A stretch of DNA of 64,000 nt from an uncultured Clostridia bacterium (GCA_938028975.1 CALHES010000009.1:32792-96791); one strand, 5' to 3'; counted from the first letter of the stretch, positions 1-11,005 are shown. Numbers and translations are program-made. The notes: generated by a model not told the origin, from the sequence alone.

Positions 1-1322
1 AGCAAGAGGCTTCACGCCGTTTGTCATTCCAAGCAAGGCGCACAATGAAAGCTGCACAGGAACTTTATGAAGGTCTTGATGTTAAGGGCATGGGTACCGT
101 AGGTTTGATTACTTATATGAGAACCGACTCTCTTCGTATTTCCGATGAGGCAAGGGAAGCAGGTAATCAGTTTATTAAAGAAACCTACGGCGAAAAATAT
201 TTGCCTAAAAAGCCAAGATTTTTCAAATCAAAAGGCAATGTGCAAGACGGGCATGAAGCGATAAGACCGTCTATGCCGAATATAACACCGGATTCGGTTA
301 AAGATTCTTTAACTTCCGACCAGTATAAAATTTATAAACTTGTTTGGGAACGTTTTATTGCTTCATTGATGGAAAATTGCCTTCAGGAAACAGTAAAGGT
401 TGAAATTTCAGCAGGCGATTATATTTTTACTGCCAGTGGTTACACCGTTAAGTTTGACGGTTTTACAGCACTTTATGAAGAATCAAAAGACGATTCTAAA
501 GATGATAATTCAGTTGCGCTTCCGCCAATAGCTGTTGGTGACAAATTAAAACTTAAATCTATTTTGGGTAATCAGCATTTTACTCAACCTCCTGCAAGAT
601 ATACGGAAGCAAGCCTTACCAAAACATTAGAGGAAAACGGGGTTGGCAGACCGTCAACATATGTAACCATAACATCAACAATAGTTGCCCGTGAATATGT
701 TAAAAGAGAGGGTAAGCAGTTTGTTCCGACAGAGCTTGGAGAGGCTGTTACAAAATTATTGGAAGACAGAATGCCGAATATTGTTAATGTTAAATACACC
801 TCAAAAATGGAAGAGGATTTGGATTTAATTGACAGCGGCGAGAAAAATTATAAAGATATGATTCACCTTTATTATGATGACTTTGAAAAACCTCTTGAGC
901 AGGCAAAGCGTGATATGCAAGGTGTAAAAATTAAACTTAAAGAAGAAGAAACAGACGAAATTTGTGAAAAATGCGGCAGAAACATGGTAATTAAAGTGGG
1001 CAGGTTTGGCAAATTCCTTGCATGCCCCGGTTACCCTGAATGTAAAAACACAAAGCCGCTTGTTTATAAAACAAAAGCAAAATGCCCCGAATGCGGCGGC
1101 GATGTTATTGAAAAGAAAACAAAAAAGGGCACTTCGTTTTACGGTTGTTCAAATTACCCAAATTGTAACTTTATGACATGGGATTTACCAAGCGAAGAAG
1201 TTTGCCCTAAATGCGGAAAATCTTTATTTAGAAAAAAAGGTAATGTTCTTTATTGCCCGGATGTTGAAAATTGCGGTTTTACAAAGCCGGTGCCAAGAAA
1301 GAAAAAGAGTGAAGAGGATTAA
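1..1322 (+). CDS. topA: DNA topoisomerase I, C-terminal part. The gene is truncated at the window start: the ORF is open to position 3, and the annotated M at 21 is an in-frame TTG.
   Basis: TYMRTDSLRISDEA topo-I motif, followed by three CxxC-x(n)-CxxC zinc-ribbon modules. Lies upstream of trmFO as in Bacillus. Confidence 0.88.
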   Translation, partial: QEASRRLSFQARRTMKAAQELYEGLDVKGMGTVGLITYMRTDSLRISDEAREAGNQFIKETYGEKYLPKKPRFFKSKGNVQDGHEAIRPSMPNITPDSVKDSLTSDQYKIYKLVWERFIASLMENCLQETVKVEISAGDYIFTASGYTVKFDGFTALYEESKDDSKDDNSVALPPIAVGDKLKLKSILGNQHFTQPPARYTEASLTKTLEENGVGRPSTYVTITSTIVAREYVKREGKQFVPTELGEAVTKLLEDRMPNIVNVKYTSKMEEDLDLIDSGEKNYKDMIHLYYDDFEKPLEQAKRDMQGVKIKLKEEETDEICEKCGRNMVIKVGRFGKFLACPGYPECKNTKPLVYKTKAKCPECGGDVIEKKTKKGTSFYGCSNYPNCNFMTWDLPSEEVCPKCGKSLFRKKGNVLYCPDVENCGFTKPVPRKKKSEED

Positions 1323-2617
1323 TGAAGTTTAAGGTTATAGGTGCAGGCCTTGCCGGCGTTGAAGCGGCGTGTCAAATTGCAAATGCCGGCGAAAAGGTTG
1401 TTTTGGTTGAACAAAAGCCAAATAAAAAATCACCGGCTCATAAAAGTGAAAATTTTGCAGAGCTTGTTTGTTCCAATTCTTTAAAAGCAAGCAGAATTGA
1501 TTCTGCCGCAGGTCTTTTAAAAGAGGAAATGGCTGTTTTAGGTTCTTTAACAGTTCCTGTTGCAAGAAAAAACGCAGTTGCCGCAGGCGGCGCCTTGGCT
1601 GTAGACAGAGATAAATTTTCATTTGAAGTAACAGAAAAAATTAAATCTCACCCGAATATTGAAATTCAGTATAAAGAAGAAACGGAAATTTCGTTAAACG
1701 ACGATACGGTAACAGTTGTTGCCACCGGACCTTTAACTGATGGGAAAATGAGCGACGCTGTTAAAAGTATTTGCGGAAACGGACTTTCGTTTTATGACGC
1801 TGCCGCTCCTATCGTTACCGCAGATTCAATAAATTATGATATCGCTTTCGGTGCTTCACGTTACGGCAGAGGCGGTGATGAAGATTATATCAACTGTCCT
1901 TTCAATAAAGAGCAGTATGAAAATTTTATATCAGAGCTTATTAATGCAGAGGGTGCAGTCGTTCATGATTTTGATGTTTATGAAGGCTGTATGCCTATTG
2001 AAAAACTTGCAAAAAGAGGGCTTGATGCACCTCGTTTCGGACCTATGAAGCCTGTTGGTTTGATAAATCCGGCAACAAATCACAGACCTTGGGCATGTGT
2101 TCAGTTAAGGCGTGAAAACAGCAAAGGCACAATGTTTAATCTTGTTGGCTTTCAAACAAATTTGAAATTCGGTGAGCAAAAACGTGTTTTTTCAATGATT
2201 CCAGGTTTGGAAAATGCCGAATTTGTAAGGTACGGCGTAATGCATAGAAATTCTTTTATTGATTCGCCTCGTTGTTTAAATGGTGATTTCAGCTTAAAAA
2301 AGTATCCAAATGTATTTTTTGCAGGTCAAATTACCGGAGTTGAAGGTTATATGGAATCTGCCGCTTCAGGTATTATGGCAGGCATTAACGCATTGCGTTT
2401 TGCAAATGGGGAAGACAGTTTGATTTTACCGGAAACTACTATGATAGGTGCTTTGTCAAGATATATAAGTGATGAAACTGTTAAAAATTTTCAGCCTATG
2501 GGTGCAAATTTCGGCGTGTTGCCGCCTATTGAACCTAAAATAAGAGATAAAAGGGAAAGATATGCCAAAATTTCACAAAGAGCTTTGGCAGATTTAGAAA
2601 AGGAAATTAATAAATGA
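1322..2617 (+). CDS. trmFO: Methylenetetrahydrofolate--tRNA-(uracil-5-)-methyltransferase TrmFO (Gid)
   Basis: N-terminal FAD motif VIGAGLAGVEAA. Length 431 aa. Conserved topA-trmFO order. ATG overlaps the topA stop (TAATG). Confidence 0.88.
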   Translation: MKFKVIGAGLAGVEAACQIANAGEKVVLVEQKPNKKSPAHKSENFAELVCSNSLKASRIDSAAGLLKEEMAVLGSLTVPVARKNAVAAGGALAVDRDKFSFEVTEKIKSHPNIEIQYKEETEISLNDDTVTVVATGPLTDGKMSDAVKSICGNGLSFYDAAAPIVTADSINYDIAFGASRYGRGGDEDYINCPFNKEQYENFISELINAEGAVVHDFDVYEGCMPIEKLAKRGLDAPRFGPMKPVGLINPATNHRPWACVQLRRENSKGTMFNLVGFQTNLKFGEQKRVFSMIPGLENAEFVRYGVMHRNSFIDSPRCLNGDFSLKKYPNVFFAGQITGVEGYMESAASGIMAGINALRFANGEDSLILPETTMIGALSRYISDETVKNFQPMGANFGVLPPIEPKIRDKRERYAKISQRALADLEKEINK

Positions 2618-3609
2618 AAATTATAGTTGATGCTATGAGCGGTGATAATGCGCCGCTTGAAATATTAAAGGGAACGGCTATGGCTGTTAAAGAATATGGA
2701 ATAGATGTGGTTTTAACAGGCGATGAAGACGTTATTCTAAAATGCATTAACGATAATAATATTGTTGAATTAAAAAACGCACAAATAGCAAACACAAAGG
2801 GCGTTATTACAATGTGTGATGATGCGAAAAGCGTTTTAAAAGAAAAAGCCGATTCAAGTATGGGCGTTGGCTTTAAATTATTAAATGAAGGAGCAGGAGA
2901 TGCTTTTGTTTCGGCAGGTAATACAGGCGCCGTGACTGTTGGCGCAACGCTTATTACAAAACGAATTAAGGGCATAAAGCGCCCGTGTATTGCTTCTGTT
3001 ATGCCAAGTGCAAAAAAACCGTTTTTGCTTATGGATTGCGGTGCTAATGCAGAGTGCAGACCTGAATTTTTATATCAGTTCGGCAAAATGGGCAGCCTTT
3101 ATATGCAAAAAATTATGAAGTGTGAAAATCCCACGGTTGCTCTTGCAAATAACGGTGAAGAGGAAACAAAGGGAACGCCTGTAATTAAAGAGGCCTACAG
3201 TCTTATGAAAAATGCCGATTATAATTTTATAGGCAATATTGAAGGCAGGCAAATTCCTTTTGGAGATGCGGATGTTGTTGTTGCAGACGGATTTACGGGA
3301 AATTTAATTCTTAAAACTTATGAGGGCGTTGCTAAAGTTTTAATGAACGGTATTAACGATATTTTCAAGAAAAATATATTTACAATGCTTTGTGCCGCAG
3401 GTGTAATGGGCGGAATCAAAAAAATGAAAAAACAGTTTGATTATAAAGAATACGGCGGCGCTGTTTTACTTGGGGTTAAAAAGCCTGTTGTTAAGGCACA
3501 CGGCTCGGCAGACGCCCGCACATTTAAAAATGCCGTTAAGCAGGCGGTTTGGTTTTTAGATAATAATTTAATTGAAGAAACAGAGAAAGCGTTTGAGATT
3601 AATGAATAA
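2614..3609 (+). CDS. plsX: Phosphate acyltransferase PlsX
   Basis: MKIIVDAMSGDNAP N-terminus and SAGNTGA motif typical of PlsX. 331 aa. Confidence 0.9.
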   Translation: MKIIVDAMSGDNAPLEILKGTAMAVKEYGIDVVLTGDEDVILKCINDNNIVELKNAQIANTKGVITMCDDAKSVLKEKADSSMGVGFKLLNEGAGDAFVSAGNTGAVTVGATLITKRIKGIKRPCIASVMPSAKKPFLLMDCGANAECRPEFLYQFGKMGSLYMQKIMKCENPTVALANNGEEETKGTPVIKEAYSLMKNADYNFIGNIEGRQIPFGDADVVVADGFTGNLILKTYEGVAKVLMNGINDIFKKNIFTMLCAAGVMGGIKKMKKQFDYKEYGGAVLLGVKKPVVKAHGSADARTFKNAVKQAVWFLDNNLIEETEKAFEINE

Positions 3610-4285
3610 GGATTTATCAGTACTTGAGGAAAAAATCGGATACAAATTTAAAAATATAGAATATTTGAAAGAGGCATTAACTCATTCAAGCTATGCCAAT
3701 GAAGTGCGAAACGGAATTAAATGCAATGAACGAATGGAGTTTTTGGGCGACGCTGTGCTTTCAATAATTTCTGCCGAATTCTTGTTTGAGAAATTTCCGG
3801 ATATGGCAGAGGGCGATTTGTCAAAACTTCGTTCAAGCCTTGTTTGCACCGCAAGTTTGTCCGGTTTTGCAAAAGAAATTAATTTAGGCGATTATTTGTT
3901 AATGGGTAAAGGCGAAATTAACAACGGCGGTCAAAAACGCCCTTCAATTTTGGAAGATGCTTTTGAAGCGCTTATTGCCGCAGTTTATCTTGACGGCGGA
4001 ATGGAATATGCAAAAAAACATGTTCTTCATTTTTTAGAAGCGGAACTTAAAAACCACAGAATCAATTTTAAAGATTATAAAACTTATTTGCAGGAAATTG
4101 TTCAGCAAAATCCTGATGAAACTTTAAATTATGTAATAACCGGGGAATTTGGACCCGATCATAATAAAACGTTTGAAGCAGAGGTTCATTTGAATTCAAA
4201 TGTAATCGGTAAAGGTTGTGGAAAAAGTAAAAAACAGGCAGAGCAGGAGGCTGCAAAGGAAGCTTTGCAGTTAATGGGTTTATGA
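3602..4285 (+). CDS. rnc: Ribonuclease III
   Basis: HSSYANE...NERMEFLGDAVL RNase III signature and a C-terminal dsRBD (KSKKQAEQEAAKEAL). ATG at 3602 overlaps the plsX stop. The ORF track's earlier start at 3572 is unlikely. Confidence 0.9.
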   Translation: MNKDLSVLEEKIGYKFKNIEYLKEALTHSSYANEVRNGIKCNERMEFLGDAVLSIISAEFLFEKFPDMAEGDLSKLRSSLVCTASLSGFAKEINLGDYLLMGKGEINNGGQKRPSILEDAFEALIAAVYLDGGMEYAKKHVLHFLEAELKNHRINFKDYKTYLQEIVQQNPDETLNYVITGEFGPDHNKTFEAEVHLNSNVIGKGCGKSKKQAEQEAAKEALQLMGL

Positions 4286-5493
4286 GAAAAGGCAATATTT
4301 CAATTTTTGTTCCTCATATCGGTTGCCCTCATAAATGCTCATTTTGCAATCAAAACATAATTACCGGTCAGCAAAAAGCACCTACACCACAGGATGTTAA
4401 GGATGTTGTAGACGGTGCACTTGCCCTTAATCTTGACGGTTATGTTTATGAAATTGCATTTTTCGGCGGTTCATTTACGGCAATAGATAAGGACTATATG
4501 ATTTCTCTTTTAAAGGCGGCATATCCTTATGTTAAAAACGGCGACGTAATGGGAATTCGTATTTCAACACGCCCTGATTGTATAGATAAAGATATTTTGG
4601 CTATTTTAAAAAAATACGGTGTAACATCTATTGAATTGGGTGCGCAGAGTATGAATAAAACCGTGCTTCAAAAAAATATGCGTGGACATACTGTTGAAGA
4701 TATAAAAAAATCTGCCGCATTGATTAAGAAAAAGGGTTTTGAATTAGGCTTGCAAATGATGACAGGTTTGTATGGCTCAAACGATGCCCTTGATATGTAC
4801 ACAGCTAATGAAATAATTAAACTTCAGCCGGATACCGTTAGAATTTATCCAACAGTGGTTCTTGAAAATACATATCTTGCCAAGTTGTATGAAGAAGGAA
4901 AGTATAAAGTTAACGGTGTTGAGGAGTCTGTTAAAATATGTGCAAAAATTGTACCGCTGTTTAAAGAAAACGGCATAAGAATAATAAGACTTGGTCTTCA
5001 TTCGTCGGAAGTATTAAAAAGCGAGATGTTGGCAGGCGGTTTTCACGATTGCCTGGGTGAACTTGTTACATCACGCATTATGCTTAATGAAATTTTGGAA
5101 CAGCCAAAAGGTAAATATTTGATTTTTATTAATCATAAATCAATGTCTAAAATTTTAGGCAACAGGAAAATGAATTTAGCTGTTTTAAAAGAACAGGGTT
5201 ATTATGTTGAGATTTATGTTGATGATACTATTGTGCCGGATAATCTTCGCATTGAGACTTACAGCGAAAAGCGTGCCAAAGAATTAAGAGTTATTGCTGA
5301 AAAGAATAATACCGGTGTTATTATTCCGGGTGAATTAAGCGACGATAAAGAAAAAAGAAAACGAGAGGCAAGACGAATTATTGCCTTGGAAGAAAATAAA
5401 TCAAGAAAAAACAAAGGCGCTGTGGGTAAAAAAGCAGTAAATAAGTCAAACAATAATTCAAAAGGAAAGAAAAATGGTTTTAAGAACACTTGA
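4282..5493 (+). CDS. Radical SAM protein (ELP3/YhcC-like family) with a Lys/Arg-rich C-terminal tail
   Basis: CPHKCSFCNQ radical-SAM cysteine triad near the N-terminus. Sits in the rnc-rSAM-smc position conserved in Clostridia. The last ~70 aa are KR-rich low complexity and overlap the smc start. Confidence 0.7.
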   Translation: MRKGNISIFVPHIGCPHKCSFCNQNIITGQQKAPTPQDVKDVVDGALALNLDGYVYEIAFFGGSFTAIDKDYMISLLKAAYPYVKNGDVMGIRISTRPDCIDKDILAILKKYGVTSIELGAQSMNKTVLQKNMRGHTVEDIKKSAALIKKKGFELGLQMMTGLYGSNDALDMYTANEIIKLQPDTVRIYPTVVLENTYLAKLYEEGKYKVNGVEESVKICAKIVPLFKENGIRIIRLGLHSSEVLKSEMLAGGFHDCLGELVTSRIMLNEILEQPKGKYLIFINHKSMSKILGNRKMNLAVLKEQGYYVEIYVDDTIVPDNLRIETYSEKRAKELRVIAEKNNTGVIIPGELSDDKEKRKREARRIIALEENKSRKNKGAVGKKAVNKSNNNSKGKKNGFKNT

Positions 5494-8400
5494 AATGCAG
5501 GGATTTAAATCATTCCCGGATAAAACTGAATTAAATTTCGGAAAGGGCATTACCGCTATTGTAGGACCGAACGGTTCGGGTAAAAGTAATATTTCCGACG
5601 CTGTGCGCTGGGTTTTGGGTGAAACATCTACCAAAAATTTAAGAGGTTCTAAAATGGAGGATGTTATTTTCGGCGGTACTTCCACACGAAAAGCAATCGG
5701 CTTTGCTCAGGTACAGCTTACTCTTGATAATACGGACGGCACTTTGAAAGATAAAGGTGAAATTGTAACTGTTTGCCGCCGTTATTACAGAAGCGGTGAA
5801 AGCGAATATAAAATAGACGGCGAAAATGTGAGAAGACGTGATATTCATGAGTTGTTTATGGATACAGGCTTGGGTGCAGACGGTTATTCAATGGTAGGTC
5901 AAGGTAAAATTGATTCTATTATTTCTGCAAAAAATGAGGATAGGCGTGAAATTTTTGAAGAGGCTGCCGGTATTTCAAGGTTCAGACATAAAAGAACAGA
6001 CGCAGAAAAAAGGCTTGCTCAGGCGCAGGAAAACCTTGTAAGGCTGCTGGATATTTTAGGTGAACTTGAAGGCAGAGTAGGTCCTCTTAAAATTCAAAGT
6101 GAAAAGGCAGCTAAATTTATTGAACTTTCGGGAGAAAAGAAAAATCTCGAAATCGGCGTTTGGCTTAATAAAATAAATAAATTTACCAATGATTTAAGAG
6201 AGCAGGAACATAAAATCGACGCCGCAAACGAGTCATATTCTCTTTGTGAAAATGAGCTGAAAAGCATTGAAACGGAAATTGAAAAGGTTCTTGCTCAAAT
6301 TGCCGAAATTAATACACAAATCGAACAAATCAGAATGGGTTCGGCAGAATTTGAGGAAGAAGCACTTCGCAAAGACGGCGAGGCTTCCGTTCTTGAAACT
6401 ACATATAATCACAACAGGAAAACTGTTGAAAGACTTCAAAATGAAATTAAAACCGCTGATGAAGGCAATTTATCTATAGACGGTCAAATCAAAGAAAAAG
6501 AAGATTTTATTGAAAAAAATCTTAAAATCAGTGCAGAAAAAAAAGAAGAGTTAAAGGAGTTAACTCAACAGGCAGAAAATCTTTTCTCATCAAACGAAGA
6601 ATTTTCAAAAGCAACTGTAGAACTTAATCAGCTTATAACATCGTTAACCCTTAAATTATCCGACAGTAGGGTAAAATGTTCACAGGCAAAATCAAGTATA
6701 GAGGAAATTCAATCACGTTTCGGCACTGTTGATGAAAGTATTGCCGTTATTGACAATGAAATTAAAGCAGAGAATTCCAGGAAAGCGGAAAGTGACGAAA
6801 ACCTTAAGTTTTTGCAAGAACGCATTGATGAAAATCAAAACAGTTTAAACGGTTTTCAGCTTAAATTGAAATCTAAAACCGAAAAAACGGAAAATTTAAA
6901 AAATCAACTTGAAAAAGCAAACAGAAATCTTGCCGAAAAGCAGTCAAGGGCAAAAATGCTTGCGGATTTGGAAAAAAATATGGAGGGTTACTCCGGCGCC
7001 GTTAAAGCCGTTATGCATCGTGCAAAGTCAAATGCACTTTCGGGAATTCACGGTCCGCTTTCTCAGTTAATTCAGGTTGAAAACGAATATTCAACAGCTG
7101 TTGAAGTTGCACTGGGTGCCGCTATGCAAAATATTGTTGTTTCCAACGAGGCAGACGGTAAGCGTGCAATGTATTTTCTTAAAGAAAACAATTTGGGCAG
7201 AGCCACTTTTTTGCCTATTTCAAGAATTAAAGGCAAAATCCTTAATGAAACAGGGCTTGAAAATAATTTGGGCTTTGTTGCCGTGGCAAGCGATTTGGTT
7301 TCGTGCGACAGCGAATACCGTGAAATAGTAAACAGCTTTTTGGCTCGCGTTGCCGTTGTTGATGATATGGATTGCGCAATCGGCATTGCAAAAAAATACA
7401 GCAACAGGTTTAAAATCGTTACATTGGACGGGCAGGTAATTAATGCCGGCGGTTCAATGACAGGCGGCAGCCGTGCAAAGGGTGCAGGAATCCTTTCTCG
7501 TTCCAATATGATAGACGAGTTAAACGAAGAGGCAGAAAAGCTTCAGCACCAAGCAGATAAAATTGCCGGTGAATTTAAAGCCGCATTGGAAGATGCTAAT
7601 AAATTTGCAGCAGAAATGCAGGCTGTAGAGGCTGATTTAAGAACTGCCAAGGAAGATTTAATCCGTGAAGAAGGGGAAAATAAACTTATTCAAGATAAAA
7701 TTTCTTCTTTAAATGCACAAAGAAAATCATTTGAATCCGAAAAAGAAAATGCGCTGGGCAGAATTGAATTGTTTACTGCCGCTTTTGAAAAAGGCGAAGA
7801 GGAAATTCAAGCGGCTCAAAGTGAAATAGATAAGGCAGAAAGCAAACTTGAACTTATTTCGGGTAATGCAAAGGACGTTGCCGATAAACGGGAAGAAATT
7901 CGCAGTAAAACGGAAGACATTAATTTATTGCTTGTTTCAATTGCAAGAGATATTGAAGCCGCTAAAATAGCAAAAGAAGAACTTGCCCTTCGTAAGTCAA
8001 CACAAAGCGACAGAGTAAAGTCTATTGAAGATGAAATTGCGGAATATGAAAAACGCAATGAAGTATTAATGGCGAATATTAACGATGTTAAATCACAGGC
8101 AGAGCAGTTAAGAGCAAAAGCCGCATCTTCAAACGAAAATATCGGCGAGCAAATAGAAAACAGAAATAATTTGGAAAAGCGTTCCGGCGAATTAAGAATT
8201 TTAGAAAGAACAAAAAGCCAGGAAAGAGAAAAACTTTCAGGCGAAATAGTTCGTCTTGATGAGCGTAAAATCGCAATGCGCAAGGAATATGACGAGTTAA
8301 ATGACATGCTGTTTGAGCAGTATGAATTAACAAGGCGAGAGGCAGAGGCTTTAAACATTGTTATTGAAGATATGACGGCGGCTAAAAAGCGTTTGCACGA

Positions 8401-9043
8401 AATTAAAGTTGCTATTAAAAATCTCGGCTCTATCAATGTTGGCGCTATTGAAGAATATAAAGAAGTTTCTGAAAGATATGAATTTCTTAAAGAGCAAATT
8501 GACGATATTGAAAAATCAAAATCAGAGCTTAACAGAATTATTGAAGATTTAACTTCTTCAATGAGTGAAAAATTCTTAACTCAGTTTAATAAGATTAACG
8601 AAGAATTCAAACTTTCATTTGCCGATTTCTTTGGCGGCGGTAAAGGCGAACTTATTTTGGAACAGCCTGATAATTGCCTTGAAAGTCCTATTGAAATTAA
8701 AATTCAACCACCGGGAAAATCCGTTCAAAACATTAATTTGTTTTCCGGCGGCGAAAAATCACTTGCAGCCATGGCGTTGCTTTTCAGTGTGTTAAAGGTT
8801 ACCCCGGCTCCGTTTTGTATTTATGATGAGGTTGAGGCGGCGCTTGATGATGTTAATGTTGAGCGTTTTGCAAAATATATGCGTAAAATGACGGATAAAA
8901 CACAGTTTATTTCAATTACACACAGGCGTGGTACTATGGAAGAGGCAGATGTGCTTTACGGTGTTACTATGCAGGAAAAAGGCGTTTCAAAGCTTCTTGA
9001 ACTTCAAAGTGCAGAGCTTGCCGCACAAATGGGATTAGAATAA
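5474..9043 (+). CDS. smc: Chromosome segregation protein SMC
   Basis: N-terminal Walker A (GPNGSGKSN), long coiled-coil arms, and C-terminal signature LSGGEKSLAAMALLF with Walker B (IYDEVEAALD). 1189 aa. Confidence 0.95.
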   Translation: MVLRTLEMQGFKSFPDKTELNFGKGITAIVGPNGSGKSNISDAVRWVLGETSTKNLRGSKMEDVIFGGTSTRKAIGFAQVQLTLDNTDGTLKDKGEIVTVCRRYYRSGESEYKIDGENVRRRDIHELFMDTGLGADGYSMVGQGKIDSIISAKNEDRREIFEEAAGISRFRHKRTDAEKRLAQAQENLVRLLDILGELEGRVGPLKIQSEKAAKFIELSGEKKNLEIGVWLNKINKFTNDLREQEHKIDAANESYSLCENELKSIETEIEKVLAQIAEINTQIEQIRMGSAEFEEEALRKDGEASVLETTYNHNRKTVERLQNEIKTADEGNLSIDGQIKEKEDFIEKNLKISAEKKEELKELTQQAENLFSSNEEFSKATVELNQLITSLTLKLSDSRVKCSQAKSSIEEIQSRFGTVDESIAVIDNEIKAENSRKAESDENLKFLQERIDENQNSLNGFQLKLKSKTEKTENLKNQLEKANRNLAEKQSRAKMLADLEKNMEGYSGAVKAVMHRAKSNALSGIHGPLSQLIQVENEYSTAVEVALGAAMQNIVVSNEADGKRAMYFLKENNLGRATFLPISRIKGKILNETGLENNLGFVAVASDLVSCDSEYREIVNSFLARVAVVDDMDCAIGIAKKYSNRFKIVTLDGQVINAGGSMTGGSRAKGAGILSRSNMIDELNEEAEKLQHQADKIAGEFKAALEDANKFAAEMQAVEADLRTAKEDLIREEGENKLIQDKISSLNAQRKSFESEKENALGRIELFTAAFEKGEEEIQAAQSEIDKAESKLELISGNAKDVADKREEIRSKTEDINLLLVSIARDIEAAKIAKEELALRKSTQSDRVKSIEDEIAEYEKRNEVLMANINDVKSQAEQLRAKAASSNENIGEQIENRNNLEKRSGELRILERTKSQEREKLSGEIVRLDERKIAMRKEYDELNDMLFEQYELTRREAEALNIVIEDMTAAKKRLHEIKVAIKNLGSINVGAIEEYKEVSERYEFLKEQIDDIEKSKSELNRIIEDLTSSMSEKFLTQFNKINEEFKLSFADFFGGGKGELILEQPDNCLESPIEIKIQPPGKSVQNINLFSGGEKSLAAMALLFSVLKVTPAPFCIYDEVEAALDDVNVERFAKYMRKMTDKTQFISITHRRGTMEEADVLYGVTMQEKGVSKLLELQSAELAAQMGLE

Positions 9044-9072
9044 CTTTGTGATTTTTCGGAAAGGAATACAGT

Positions 9073-9993
9073 ATGGGATTATTTGATAAATTCAGAAAAG
9101 GCTTGAAAAAAACCCGTGAAGAGGGTATGACCGCACAAATGGACGAGGTTATTGAGTCTTATGAAGAAATAACAGACGAGCTTTACGAAGAGCTTGAAGA
9201 AATATTAATAATGGGCGATGTGGGATTTCCAACAGCTGAAAAAATTATTACAAGCTTAAAAAGTAAAGTGGAAAATGATAATATTAAAAGTGTAAAGCAG
9301 GTTCGTGAAACAATGAAGGATATTGTTTCCGGTATTGTTTGGGGCGGCAGTTATTTAAGACTTCGTACAAAGCCGTCTGTAATTCTTGTTATAGGCGTTA
9401 ACGGCGTAGGAAAAACAACTACAATCGGCAAACTTGCTTTAAGACTTAAAGAACAGGGCAGAAGCGTTATTTTAGGTGCTGCCGATACTTTTCGTGCCGC
9501 CGCTATTGAACAGCTTCAGGTTTGGGCAGATAGGGCAGATGTTGATTTAATAAAATCTGCCGAAGGTTCTGACCCAGCATCTGTTGTTTTTGATACTATT
9601 CAGGCAGGTAAAGCAAGAAATTGTGATGTGATTATTATAGACACTGCAGGCAGGCTTCATAATAAGAAAAATCTTATGGATGAGCTTAATAAAATCAGCC
9701 GTGTGATTAACCGTGAATTGCCGGATGCTTCCAAGGAAGTGCTTTTGGTGCTTGATGCCACAACCGGTCAAAATGCAGTTAATCAGGCAAAAGATTTTAA
9801 AGAGGCAGCAGGCATAACGGGTATTGTTTTAACTAAGCTTGACGGAACGGCAAGAGGCGGCGTTGTACTTGCCATAAATAATGAACTTGACGTGCCTGTT
9901 AAGTTTGTGGGCGTCGGCGAGCAAATAGATGATTTGCAGCCTTTTGATGCAGACGCTTTTGCCGCAGGTTTATTTGACGGAGATGAAAAGTAA
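9073..9993 (+). CDS. ftsY: Signal recognition particle receptor FtsY
   Basis: SRP GTPase motifs [15 protein letters not shown] and TKLDG. Short acidic N-terminal domain. Follows smc as in B. subtilis. Confidence 0.9.
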   Translation: MGLFDKFRKGLKKTREEGMTAQMDEVIESYEEITDELYEELEEILIMGDVGFPTAEKIITSLKSKVENDNIKSVKQVRETMKDIVSGIVWGGSYLRLRTKPSVILVIGVNGVGKTTTIGKLALRLKEQGRSVILGAADTFRAAAIEQLQVWADRADVDLIKSAEGSDPASVVFDTIQAGKARNCDVIIIDTAGRLHNKKNLMDELNKISRVINRELPDASKEVLLVLDATTGQNAVNQAKDFKEAAGITGIVLTKLDGTARGGVVLAINNELDVPVKFVGVGEQIDDLQPFDADAFAAGLFDGDEK

Positions 9994-10580
9994 TGGATTT
10001 TATTTTAGCAACAAATAATATGAAAAAATTGGCTGAAATGCAGCGTATATTATCACCGTTGGGTATTAATGTGGTTACTGCCAAAATGCTTGGCACGGAA
10101 ATTCCGGAAGTTGTGGAAGACGGTAATACATTTGAAGAAAATGCACGCAAAAAGGCAGTCAGCGCCTGCAAGACAATGAATATGCCTGCTATTGCGGATG
10201 ACAGCGGACTTTGCGTTGATTATTTAAACGGTGCGCCTGGCATTTATTCGGCACGTTTTTCAGGCGGCCATGGTGATGATGAGGCAAATAATGATTTGCT
10301 TCTTGAAAAATTGAACGGTGTGCCAACGGAAAAAAGAACGGCTTATTATGTTTGTGCCATTTGCTGTGTTTTTCCCGACGGAGAAGAGATTACGGTAAGA
10401 GGTGAATGCCACGGATATATCGGCTTTGAAAGAGACGGAAGCGAGGGTTTCGGTTATGACCCGTTATTTATTATAAACGGAAAAGCCTTTGGCAGATATA
10501 CGGCTGAAGAGAAAGATAAAATCAGCCATAGAGGTAATGCATTAAGAAAATTAACACAGGAATTGGAGAAAATTATATGA
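9993..10580 (+). CDS. rdgB: dITP/XTP pyrophosphatase (RdgB/HAM1 family)
   Basis: [11 protein letters not shown]...[14 protein letters not shown]...SARFSG motifs of non-canonical purine NTP pyrophosphatase. 195 aa. Confidence 0.85.
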   Translation: MDFILATNNMKKLAEMQRILSPLGINVVTAKMLGTEIPEVVEDGNTFEENARKKAVSACKTMNMPAIADDSGLCVDYLNGAPGIYSARFSGGHGDDEANNDLLLEKLNGVPTEKRTAYYVCAICCVFPDGEEITVRGECHGYIGFERDGSEGFGYDPLFIINGKAFGRYTAEEKDKISHRGNALRKLTQELEKII

Positions 10581-11005
10581 CATCTAAAGAAAGAGCGGCA
10601 TTAAGGGCACAGGCAAATTCACTTGAACCGATTATTCAAATAGGAAAAGAGGGAATTTCCGATAATTTAATTGCTCAGGTAGATGATACACTTGATACAC
10701 GTGAGCTTATTAAAATACGTGTTCATCTTGAAACTGCACCTGAAACTCCCAGAGAGTTTGCAGATAAATTGGCGGCGGCTTTAGGCGCAGATGTAATTCA
10801 GGTTATCGGCGGCGTTATCGTTATTTACAGAAAAATAGATAAGGATAAGGTTAACAGAAAAAAGCAGGAACGTGCAAAAGCATCCGGAAAAAAGGTTGTT
10901 AAGAAAAAAGTTAAAATAAAAGGGCTTCGTCAAAGAAAAAAGGAATATGAAGAGTCACATCCGTGGGCTAAGTACAACAAACCAAACAGAGGCGACAGAC
11001 ATTGA
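10577..11005 (+). CDS. yhbY: Ribosome assembly RNA-binding protein YhbY (CRM domain) with a K-rich tail
   Basis: ALRAQANSLEPIIQIGKEGISDNLIAQVDDTLDTRELIKI is the CRS1/YhbY signature. Basic C-terminal extension. Confidence 0.8.
   Translation: MTSKERAALRAQANSLEPIIQIGKEGISDNLIAQVDDTLDTRELIKIRVHLETAPETPREFADKLAAALGADVIQVIGGVIVIYRKIDKDKVNRKKQERAKASGKKVVKKKVKIKGLRQRKKEYEESHPWAKYNKPNRGDRH

Noticed and set aside
21-60. Annotated start (M) of the first ORF at position 21
   Set aside because: The codon is TTG and the reading frame stays open back to the first base of the window. The protein begins in the middle of the topoisomerase I catalytic core, so this is a window-truncated gene, not a real start.
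7816-8436. 206-aa and other (81-144 aa) minus-strand ORFs inside smc
   Set aside because: They lie antisense within a fully supported 1189-aa SMC gene. The translations are Ser/Leu/Ile-rich low complexity, typical of the reverse strand of Glu/Lys-rich coiled-coil coding sequence. No RBS or family resemblance.
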